Shown here one piece after another: positions 1-7,894 of a stretch of 28,304 nucleotides of DNA. Numbering within the stretch: the stretch's first letter is position 1; every line of letters starts with the position of its first letter. Below the pieces are notes generated by a model. It was given only the letters and a program-made list of their open reading frames with translations, was not told the DNA's origin and searched no databases. Source of the DNA: an uncultured bacterium (GTDB taxonomy: Bacteria; Lernaellota; Lernaellaia; Lernaellales; Lernaellaceae). The translations under genes were made by a program, and so were the position numbers. The DNA is taken from NCBI GenBank assembly GCA_964534375.1, contig CAZHPN010000066.1, forward strand, positions 1 to 28,304, read 5' to 3'.

Positions 1-148
1 TCGCCAGATCGAGTTCTTCGAGCTTGTCGACGTAGCCGAGAATCTCCGACATCTGGCGCGTCAGCCGGTCCAGGTCTTCTTCCTTGACTTGCAGGCGGGC
101 GAGCGCCGCGACGTGCAGCACGAGCCGCCGATCGATGACGAGCTTCAA
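1..148 (-). CDS. gatC: Asp-tRNA(Asn)/Glu-tRNA(Gln) amidotransferase subunit C (5' part; runs off the window)
   Basis: Not in the ORF track. Manual translation from TTG at 148 gives MKLVIDRRLVLHVAALARLQVKEEDLDRLTRQMSEILGYVDKLEELDLA, matching the GatC pattern V.HVA.LARL...L..IL.YV.KL.ELD. AAGGA lies upstream and the start is 1 nt after the upstream stop. Confidence 0.9.
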   Translation of the reverse strand, partial: MKLVIDRRLVLHVAALARLQVKEEDLDRLTRQMSEILGYVDKLEELDLA

Positions 149-149
149 C

Positions 150-2387
150 CTACTCTTCCTTTGTAATGCCGAGAATCGACCGCACTTCGGCCGCGTGCGA
201 GCCGTTGGGTCGGGAGTTCAGATACGCTTGGTAGCTGTCGTTCGCGGACGACTTGTTGCCCATCGCCTCGTACGCCGCCCCGAGGAAATAGTGCGCGTCC
301 GGGTTGACCGAGCGCGCCGCCCCGCACGATTCGACCGCCGCGGCGTATTGGTTCGAATTGAGCATGATCCGGCACTTGGCCAGCATCGCTTCGCCGTTCA
401 TCACGCCGAGCTTCAGCAATTCGTTGACCATGCCCAGCGCTTCGTTGCTGGAGCCCTTGCGCATGGCCTGTTCGATGCGCAACGCCAGTTCCTTGGCCTT
501 CGCCTTTTTATCCATGTCGGCGCCGACCTCGGCGGGCAAGCCCGTCACCGCGCCGGTCTGCGCCAGGTCGCCGCGCAGATTGCTCTGGTAGAGCTCGATG
601 CGGCGTTTCGCGTCGGCGTTGTCCTCGATCAGCTTGAGCGCCTTTTCTTCCGACTCCAGCGCCAGTTGCCATTTCTTTTGCGAGGCGTAGACGTCGGCCA
701 GCAGGTGGTGCGCGCGGAAATTCAACGGATTCTCAGCGATCGACGATTGCAGCGCAAATTCCGCCTTGTCGCGCGCGTTCTTTTTCAGGTAGACGTGCGC
801 GAGCAAATAGTTCGATTCGGCGTCTTCGAGTTCGTCGCCCTCTTTGACCACGATCGCGTCGTGCACCGTCTTTTCGGCTTCGCCCAGCTTGTCTTTCGCC
901 AGATCGCACGCGGCCATGGCCCGCAAGGCGTAGGGAACTTTTGGTTCGCGTTCGACCGCTTGCTGGGCCAACGTGCACGCGTTGTCGACGCCTTCGGTTT
1001 TGCCATATTCGATATCCAGCAGCGCCAGCAGCAGCGCCTTCTCCGCCGTCGCCTGATAGAAGTCGGGCTTGGCGGCCAGCGACTGATCGAGCGTTTCGAT
1101 GGCCTTTTGATACGCCGCGGGCGAACCGGGCTTCAGCTCATCCAGGGCCGTCTGGAACTTGAGCCGATAATCGAGTTTCTTGCGGTCTTCCTCTTGCTGA
1201 ATCTGCGACGCCTCGTTGCGTTTCGCCAGGTTGTTTTGGTAGTCGATGATCTGGTCGCGCACCATGTGCGTGACGACGACCGCCGCGGCGATGATGGCCA
1301 GCGCGGCAAAGACGAGGAAAATCTTCATCGTCGTGCCCATGCCGCTGGGCCGTTCGCCGATCGTCGGCGGCTTTTCCTTCGCCGCCTGTTTCCACGCGGC
1401 GCGGACGACCCCCTTGTACGGGAAATCGTCTTCGGCGTCGGTCGTCGCCGCCGTCTCGTCCGCCGCCGGCGCCGCTTCCGGCGATTCCGTTTCCGTCGGC
1501 TCGCCTTCGCCGGACACTTCGTCGGCGAATTCCTTCGTGCGACCGAACAACGGCTTGCGCTTGAACGGCGAGTCATCGGCGTATTTTTCGAAATCGGGCA
1601 TTTTCGGTTCGGGCATCACGAAGGCCGGCTCATCCAGCCCCGTCATGTCCGGTTCCGCGGCCGCGTCGTCGCCGAAGTCTTCCCGCGGCCGTTTTTTGCT
1701 GGCGGCCCAATCGAAATCCGGCTCCGCGGGCTCTTCGGCCCGCGCCGGCGTCTCCACGCGCGCGCCGGCCGCCGGCGCCGGAATGTCGACCGCGCCCGCC
1801 GCCCCCCGCTGCCGATGCCGGTTCTTCTTTTTCTTCTTTTTGCCGCCGGGCCGCTCGACCGGCGCCGTTGCCGGCGGACCGCAGACCGGCCCCTCGGGCA
1901 GACCCGTCTGCGGCTTGAATTCGAACGGCTTCGGGGTCGAGGTCGGCCGCGGCGGCGTCGGCGCCGGGACCGGGGCGGCCGGGGTCGCCTTGGGGGCTTG
2001 GGCGCTTCCCAGCTCGACCACCGTCGGCGCGGCTTGATTGATGAACGTCGAGCGGACGATAGGCCGTCGCGCGGTCGTTTCGCGGCCGGTCGGCTCCAAA
2101 TTGGCGGCGTCGACCTTGATCGGTTCCGGAGCGGACGGTTTCGGCGGCGGGGCCGCAGGCTTCGGCGTCGGCGCCGCTGGCGCGGGCGGCGGCACGGGCG
2201 CGGGCGGCGGGGTCGCCGCAGTCGGCTTGGGCGCCGGCCGATCTACCGTGGCCGGCCGACCGTCCGGATACACGCGGAACACCGTGGCGCATTGCCGGCA
2301 CCGCACGGGCAGACCCAGGACCTTGGCCTGGACCTTCTCATCCGGGATCGGATACTCCGACGCACAGACTGGGCAAATTCCCTTCAT
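150..2387 (-). CDS. N-terminal zinc-ribbon (MJ0042-type) protein with Pro/Ala-rich linker, one TM helix and C-terminal TPR repeats
   Basis: N-terminus CPVC...YPIPDEKV...VRCRQCATVFRV; long low-complexity P/A/E linker; hydrophobic IFLVFAALAIIAAAVVV; TPR-like helices (AHHLLADVY, AHYFLGAAYEAMG, YLNSRPNG). Confidence 0.8.
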   Translation of the reverse strand: MKGICPVCASEYPIPDEKVQAKVLGLPVRCRQCATVFRVYPDGRPATVDRPAPKPTAATPPPAPVPPPAPAAPTPKPAAPPPKPSAPEPIKVDAANLEPTGRETTARRPIVRSTFINQAAPTVVELGSAQAPKATPAAPVPAPTPPRPTSTPKPFEFKPQTGLPEGPVCGPPATAPVERPGGKKKKKKNRHRQRGAAGAVDIPAPAAGARVETPARAEEPAEPDFDWAASKKRPREDFGDDAAAEPDMTGLDEPAFVMPEPKMPDFEKYADDSPFKRKPLFGRTKEFADEVSGEGEPTETESPEAAPAADETAATTDAEDDFPYKGVVRAAWKQAAKEKPPTIGERPSGMGTTMKIFLVFAALAIIAAAVVVTHMVRDQIIDYQNNLAKRNEASQIQQEEDRKKLDYRLKFQTALDELKPGSPAAYQKAIETLDQSLAAKPDFYQATAEKALLLALLDIEYGKTEGVDNACTLAQQAVEREPKVPYALRAMAACDLAKDKLGEAEKTVHDAIVVKEGDELEDAESNYLLAHVYLKKNARDKAEFALQSSIAENPLNFRAHHLLADVYASQKKWQLALESEEKALKLIEDNADAKRRIELYQSNLRGDLAQTGAVTGLPAEVGADMDKKAKAKELALRIEQAMRKGSSNEALGMVNELLKLGVMNGEAMLAKCRIMLNSNQYAAAVESCGAARSVNPDAHYFLGAAYEAMGNKSSANDSYQAYLNSRPNGSHAAEVRSILGITKEE

Positions 2388-2586
2388 CGAACTTCTCCCG
2401 CCGCTGCAAGCCGCCCCACTGACCGACCGAAAAGTTAACTTTGCATCTTTTTGGGAGATGCCGTCAACCGTATGAAACCAATGAGAAACTTGGCTCCAAC
2501 TCCCGTCACTGACGGAACATAGACATCGTTTCTGCGCGCGGCGAGCGCCTTCTTTCCGGCCGCAGGCCGGCCGGGCGCGCGCCGGC

Positions 2587-3726
2587 TCAGCCGGCCAGAT
2601 GCCGCGCGATGATGATTTGCTGGATTTCGGTCGCGCCCTCGATGATCGTCATCGCCTTCGCGTCGCGGAAGTAGCGCTCGACCGGATATTCCTCCATGTA
2701 CCCGTAACCGCCGAAGATTTGCACGGCCTCGCCGGTCACGTAGACCGCTGTCTCCGTCGCCTTCAGCTTGGCGAGACTCGCCTCGAGCGCGCAGGGGCGG
2801 CGCTGATCGCGTAGCCACGCCGCCCGCTGGCAGAGCAGCCGCGAGGCCTCGATCTCCATCCGCATCCGCGCGAGCTTCGCCTGCGTCAGTTGGAACTGGA
2901 ACAGCGGTTTCCCGAACTGCTCGCGCTCCTGCGCATATTTCACGGACGCGTCGAGCGCGGCCTGGGCGATGCCCACCGCGCGCGCGCCGACGACCATGCG
3001 CCCGCCGTTCAGAGCTTCCATGAGAATGTGGAAGCCCGCGCCCTCGTCGCCGAGCCGTTGCGCGTCGGGAACAAAGCAATCTTCGAAAAACAGTTCGCCG
3101 CATTCGCTCGAATGATTGCCGAGCTTCGGGAATGGCGCGCCCTGGGTGAAGCCTTTCGCGCCCTTCTCGACCACGAACAGCGTAATGCCTTTGTACTTTT
3201 TCTCCGGCGCGGCCTGCGCGGCGACGGTGACAAAATCGGCGAACGGCCCGTTGGTGATAAACGTCTTCGAGCCGTTGAGCACGTAACCGCCGTCAACCTT
3301 CTTCGCGCGCGTCTTGATCGCCGCTGCATCCGACCCCGCGCCGGGCTCGGTGAGGCCGAACGCGCCGATTTTTTCGCCGCGGATCGCGGGCCGCAAATAG
3401 CGCTCTTTGAGCGCGTCGCTGCCCAGCAGGTAAATCGGCAGCGTAGCGATCGACATGTGGGCCATGATGCCGCCGGCGAAGCCGGAACTCACTTTGCCCA
3501 ATTCCTCGGCGAAGAGCGTCAAGGTCATATATCCCATTTCCATGCCGCCGTACGCCTCGGGATAAGCGATGCCCAAATATCCCATTTCCCCGAATTTCGG
3601 AAACAGTTCCGGCGGGAAGCGATGCTCGCGCTCGCACCGCTCGACCAGCGGCGCGACCTCGCCGGCGAGAAATTTGCGGAAGCTGTCGACGAAAAGAAGT
3701 TGCTCTTCAGTCAGCCAAAAATCCAT
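2587..3726 (-). CDS. acyl-CoA dehydrogenase (short-chain/butyryl-CoA type)
   Basis: GAFGLTEPGAGSDA, LNGSKTFITNG, REQFGKP, QIFGGYGY, and RDAKAMTIIEGATEIQ with the catalytic Glu; GGAG RBS lies in the end of the upstream gene. Confidence 0.95.
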   Translation of the reverse strand: MDFWLTEEQLLFVDSFRKFLAGEVAPLVERCEREHRFPPELFPKFGEMGYLGIAYPEAYGGMEMGYMTLTLFAEELGKVSSGFAGGIMAHMSIATLPIYLLGSDALKERYLRPAIRGEKIGAFGLTEPGAGSDAAAIKTRAKKVDGGYVLNGSKTFITNGPFADFVTVAAQAAPEKKYKGITLFVVEKGAKGFTQGAPFPKLGNHSSECGELFFEDCFVPDAQRLGDEGAGFHILMEALNGGRMVVGARAVGIAQAALDASVKYAQEREQFGKPLFQFQLTQAKLARMRMEIEASRLLCQRAAWLRDQRRPCALEASLAKLKATETAVYVTGEAVQIFGGYGYMEEYPVERYFRDAKAMTIIEGATEIQQIIIARHLAG

Positions 3727-3730
3727 TGAT

Positions 3731-6004
3731 TTACTCCAACGTAGGCTTGGGTTCTACACACGGCACCACCGCTCCTTTGCTCAGCACCTGCTCAAACCAC
3801 AGGATCGCAGCTTCGCCTTCTTTGCGAGTGTAATCTGCGAGCGGGCGAATGTGACGAATCGTGTTGCGGAGTTCCGCAATTTGATCGAAGTGTTTATCTA
3901 GTTGTTCCTTGTTCCTAAATCGTCCCGCAAAACGATCCCAAAGCTGTTTGCTCGTTATTGTTCCTTGAAGTTCTCGAAAATCGAAGAAGTCGAGCGTTCC
4001 TTCGAGGGTATCGTACCGTTCCGAATCCATTGCGGCATCTTTGTTGAGGGCCTTTTGTATCCGTTGGCTCACATTATTGGCGACGTGATCCGGTAATAAT
4101 GTCTTGTCACCGTTAAGCGTCACCGCGATCGTCGTCCGCAGCCGAATTTCCAAATCCGCCAACTTCTTATCAAGATCGCGGAGGGCCGGTGGAAGATCCA
4201 GCCGCCTTTTCACAAGTAAGTTTTCGATGGCCTCGACAATGGTGCGTTGGCGCTCGTTAATAAATTCTTCATAGTCGATGGGAGTGAAAGGATCGCGCAG
4301 GAGGATTTCAAGCGCCTTCGAAGAGATTGAGTGCGCCGCCAACATGCTGCTGACTTGTTCCTCCCCGTTGGCGGCAATTAATTCCCGCAAATATTCGTTC
4401 GGCAACCTATCTCGAATAATGTCTCTATTGGTTGTTGATGTCAGCGGCGTTCGATTCAAGATCGAGTTGATTAAGTTATTTGGAACATATTTTTGGCCCC
4501 ATGATGCCGGAACGATGTGGTGATCGTCGAGTTCATCCGGGTGCGGGACATTGCCGGTGACCCAATCGCGGGCGCCCTGCAAAATCAAAAGATTGAAGAT
4601 ACCGTTATAAATTGAAGAGCCCCGTTTAGTTTCATTTCGAAGAACAAGGTTTCGGAAGGTCAAGGCGAATTCCCTGAGCAGTGCGGGCTCGGTTTCGTTA
4701 CTGTCGATCCACGCTCGGACATCGAAAAAATCGCGAGCGGCTGTGGATTCAACGGAACCAGAATAACGGTTCGTGAACACCGACGCCCAATACCAATGAC
4801 GGACTTTCCTCTGCGCCTCCAATTGCGTTTGCGACGGCATTGTTTTTACGTACGATTGAAGCGCCGAGAAAATCGGCAAAATTGATTCGTAAGGTAAGTA
4901 ATTTGCGGACGTGACCCCGAACTCCTGGGGATGGCGCAGGAGCGCAATTGATTTGTCTAACGCGTCAACGGCTGTATGCCAACGTTTCTCAAAATCGTTT
5001 GCATCATTGATCAAAATCTCTTTGCGTCTGGAGCCGCTGGGATCGCGGACGGTCTTCTCCTGTCCGGGCATCAGATAGTACAGATATTTTGGCGAACAGT
5101 AGCCCTGCGTGAGAATCGACATCACTTGAAGAATGTAAACGTTCGTTTTGTCAGAGCCGAGAAAATCAAATTTCGGCTTGGCATCTCGCCACATTTTCTT
5201 GAGCTGAATGCTTTTTGGCCTCAGCAGGGCGTTGAGCAAATCAAAGATATCCAACTGAATCCCGCGGCTGTTGATCTGCGTGAAAATATCACATACTTTC
5301 GCGACCTCAATGTCCTCGTCGAGCGCAATATATGACACTTTATATTGTAGAACTAGTTCGCTGATGCAATCGGCAAACTGTTTGGCATTCGTTGCATGTT
5401 CGCGCGCAATTTGCGCGGGCACTTCGTCACCATGTCTTGCGCATTCTTCCGCACTTTCCGCCCAGTACTTTTCGTAGCCTTGTAACCAGTTGGGAACAGA
5501 AAATAGACTTTCGCCGACAACAGAAAGGGGGAAAATGTGGCGTTTGTACTGCTCCTCGCGGGAACTCTGAAGGACTTGATTCGCGCTCTTATTCCATTCA
5601 TAGGTGAACGCCTCGTCGTACTCCTCAGCGATGAATCTGTCGATTCGAATATAGAAATAGTACCGATTAGACCGCTGAGGCAACGGCATATCGGGGGCGG
5701 TAAAGGCATAAAAAATCGCTGTGAGCCTTTGTTGGCCATCTAAAACGATGAAGTTTGGATTTGGCTCGCCGACATATCCGAAAATCGACTCGCACGAGAG
5801 AGCTTCGTAGTTCTGTCGCTTGCCTTTCCAGAAGAGAAAGTTTCCGATGTAATAATCGGAGAAGATTGAGCGCATCAACTGCCGAATGTCCGATGGACGC
5901 CACTCGAACTCCCTTTGGAAATCAGGCACCAGATATTGGCCTTTTTTGAGGTTAATAATAAGGTTCATGAGAGTTTCGGTGCTTGGTTGTTGAGCGTTTT
6001 TCAT
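3731..6004 (-). CDS. GmrSD-like type IV restriction protein (DUF262 + DUF1524-like HNH) with C-terminal Swt1-like HEPN domain
   Basis: VPDFQREFEW, VLDGQQRLT (5726-5740) and IFTQINSRG (DUF262); DHHIVP...NSILNRTPL (4508-4525, HNH); FFDF.EL...W..F...F.....ELRNTIRH (3851-3868, HEPN Rx4H). Visibly AT-richer than its neighbours. Confidence 0.85.
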   Translation of the reverse strand: MKNAQQPSTETLMNLIINLKKGQYLVPDFQREFEWRPSDIRQLMRSIFSDYYIGNFLFWKGKRQNYEALSCESIFGYVGEPNPNFIVLDGQQRLTAIFYAFTAPDMPLPQRSNRYYFYIRIDRFIAEEYDEAFTYEWNKSANQVLQSSREEQYKRHIFPLSVVGESLFSVPNWLQGYEKYWAESAEECARHGDEVPAQIAREHATNAKQFADCISELVLQYKVSYIALDEDIEVAKVCDIFTQINSRGIQLDIFDLLNALLRPKSIQLKKMWRDAKPKFDFLGSDKTNVYILQVMSILTQGYCSPKYLYYLMPGQEKTVRDPSGSRRKEILINDANDFEKRWHTAVDALDKSIALLRHPQEFGVTSANYLPYESILPIFSALQSYVKTMPSQTQLEAQRKVRHWYWASVFTNRYSGSVESTAARDFFDVRAWIDSNETEPALLREFALTFRNLVLRNETKRGSSIYNGIFNLLILQGARDWVTGNVPHPDELDDHHIVPASWGQKYVPNNLINSILNRTPLTSTTNRDIIRDRLPNEYLRELIAANGEEQVSSMLAAHSISSKALEILLRDPFTPIDYEEFINERQRTIVEAIENLLVKRRLDLPPALRDLDKKLADLEIRLRTTIAVTLNGDKTLLPDHVANNVSQRIQKALNKDAAMDSERYDTLEGTLDFFDFRELQGTITSKQLWDRFAGRFRNKEQLDKHFDQIAELRNTIRHIRPLADYTRKEGEAAILWFEQVLSKGAVVPCVEPKPTLE

Positions 6005-6178
6005 TCGCGTTCGCCTTCACCCCGTGAACGGGCCGTTGAAAGGCCAAGACGGCTTTTTTCAACGCCTCGGTTTTCCGAGGACACGGTCAGCCGTGGCTTC
6101 TATATTGCGGTCATTTGGGCGGGACCGAAAGTAAAAGTGACGGTCGCGACGCCCTTGTCCCTGCCCACCTGTATCCCG

Positions 6179-7324
6179 TTAGGACTTCAGAATTTCGCGG
6201 CTGACGATCAACTTCTGCACTTCGTTGGTGCCTTGCGCGGCGATCCAGGTGTAGGCGTCGCGCAGGTAGCGCTCGACGGGGTAATCCACGTCGCTGCCGT
6301 AGCCGCCGTAGATGCGGTTCGCGAGATCGACCGCCGCGATCAACGTGTCGCCGGCGTAGTACTTGGCCATCGAGGTCTCTTTTTGGTGATTTTCGGTGTG
6401 ATGGCTCATCACGGCGGCGCGGTAGGCCAAGAGGCGCGCGGCGTCGATCCGCGTTGCGAGTTCCGCCAGCGTGAACTGGATGTTTTGTTTGTCAGCCAAT
6501 TTGCGGCCGGCGACTTCACGCTGCTTGACGAACGCCACCGAAGCGTCGAACGCCGCACGGGCGAGGCCGACGAAGCCGAACGCGAGGCTGATGCGGGTTT
6601 TGCTGAGAACTTTCAGTGCGAGCCGCAGCCCGTCGCCGGTTTTGCCGATGCGGTTTTCCGCGGGACACGGCATGTTTTCGAAGGCGAGGTTGAACGCGCG
6701 GTGGCCCTTGAGGCCCATCGCCGCGCAATGCTTCACGAGCTTCAGGCCGGGCGCGCTTTTCTCGACAATAAACGCGCTGATGGCCTTTGCGCCCTGGGCG
6801 GGGTCTTCGGTGGCGAACACCGCAAAGAGGTCGGACATGTCGGCAAACGTGATCAGCCGCTTGGCGCCGTTGATGACGAAGCCCTTGCCGTTGGCCGTGG
6901 CGCGGCACTTCATCGCCGCCGGGTCGGAGCCCGGCCCTTCGTCGGTCAGCGCGTACGCGCCGATCTCGCCGTGGGCGATGCGCGTCAGGAAACGCTTCTG
7001 CTGCTCCTCCGTGCCGCCGAGCAAAATAACGTGTACGTAAAGCTGGCCGATTTCGAGAAACGGAATCAGCGCCGGGCACTGGTAAGCGATTTCTTCGGTG
7101 ATGATGCCGATCGAAACCTTATCCATTTCCAGCCCGCCGAATTTCTTCGGCACGGAAAGGGCGGGCAGCGAAAACGGCGGCCGAACGAGTTTGTCGACCA
7201 ACGTCTGAGGAACAAAATCGGTATCGTCGATTTCTTTGACGACGGGCGCGATATGTTCGAGCGCCGCCTCACGATAGAACGCCTGTAGTTTCTTCTGCTC
7301 CGCGGTGTAAAATGCGTAGGCCAT
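6179..7324 (-). CDS. acyl-CoA dehydrogenase family protein (catalytic Glu replaced by Gln)
   Basis: GAYALTDEGPGSD, INGAKRLIT, IYGGYG, VERYLRDA; the C-terminal motif reads AAQGTNEVQ. GGGGAG RBS upstream. Confidence 0.92.
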   Translation of the reverse strand: MAYAFYTAEQKKLQAFYREAALEHIAPVVKEIDDTDFVPQTLVDKLVRPPFSLPALSVPKKFGGLEMDKVSIGIITEEIAYQCPALIPFLEIGQLYVHVILLGGTEEQQKRFLTRIAHGEIGAYALTDEGPGSDPAAMKCRATANGKGFVINGAKRLITFADMSDLFAVFATEDPAQGAKAISAFIVEKSAPGLKLVKHCAAMGLKGHRAFNLAFENMPCPAENRIGKTGDGLRLALKVLSKTRISLAFGFVGLARAAFDASVAFVKQREVAGRKLADKQNIQFTLAELATRIDAARLLAYRAAVMSHHTENHQKETSMAKYYAGDTLIAAVDLANRIYGGYGSDVDYPVERYLRDAYTWIAAQGTNEVQKLIVSREILKS

Positions 7325-7336
7325 GATCGTCTCCCC

Positions 7337-7894
7337 TTAGACGTTGAGAGGTTCGAAATAGATATCGGTCATCGCGCCGGATTTTTCTTGGCGATAGACG
7401 ACCTTCACCGGCATGCCGTGGTGCGCCTTGCCGACGTCGTCCATCTCGATGTTGGTCATCATCAAAAAGTCGGAGCCGTCGAGCCGCACGTACGCGACCA
7501 GGAACGGCACCTTCGTCACGAACGCCGAAGTCGAGTAATGCTGAATCGTGAACGCCTCGATCTTGCCCGTGCCCGGCAGTTCGACCCATTCCGTCGCCTC
7601 GTAGCAAAGCGGGCAGGCGCTGCGCGGCGGGCAATAAACCTTGCCGCACTTCGGGCATTTGCTGCCCATCAGCCGTTCGTTGTGCAGGATCTCGCGGAAA
7701 AAGCGCGACTGCCCGCCGTAGGAATACTTGAAAAACACGTCCATCTTGTCGGGAACCTCGAAGGGCTCGTTCGGCCCCTTTTTTCCGTCGAGTTCGTCGT
7801 CGTACAGCGGACGCAGTTTTTCTTCGGGCAGCCGCAGCCGCGCCGCGTGCGCGCGGTAGAAGGCGTCTTTTTTGGAAAGTTTTTTGTCAGCCAT
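7337..7894 (-). CDS. DUF35 family Zn-ribbon/OB-fold protein (thiolase partner), 185 aa
   Basis: Start reassigned to ATG 7894 (MADKK), which overlaps the thiolase stop (TAATG). Motifs: FFREILHNERLMGSKCPKCGKVYCPPRSACPLC, GTGKIEAFTI, PFLVAYVRLDG, GMPVKVVY. Confidence 0.9.
   Translation of the reverse strand: MADKKLSKKDAFYRAHAARLRLPEEKLRPLYDDELDGKKGPNEPFEVPDKMDVFFKYSYGGQSRFFREILHNERLMGSKCPKCGKVYCPPRSACPLCYEATEWVELPGTGKIEAFTIQHYSTSAFVTKVPFLVAYVRLDGSDFLMMTNIEMDDVGKAHHGMPVKVVYRQEKSGAMTDIYFEPLNV

Noticed and set aside
84..2438. 784-aa + strand ORF and similar long antisense ORFs (5915-7288, 10236-11432, 12789-15284, 25301-26878)
   Set aside because: Shadow frames of clear minus-strand genes in high-GC DNA; Arg-rich with no family motifs.
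3731..6100. Integron cassette origin for the GmrSD-HEPN gene
   Set aside because: No attC-like RYYYAAC...GTTRRRY structure after the stop (only 4 nt to the next gene) and no integrase in the window.
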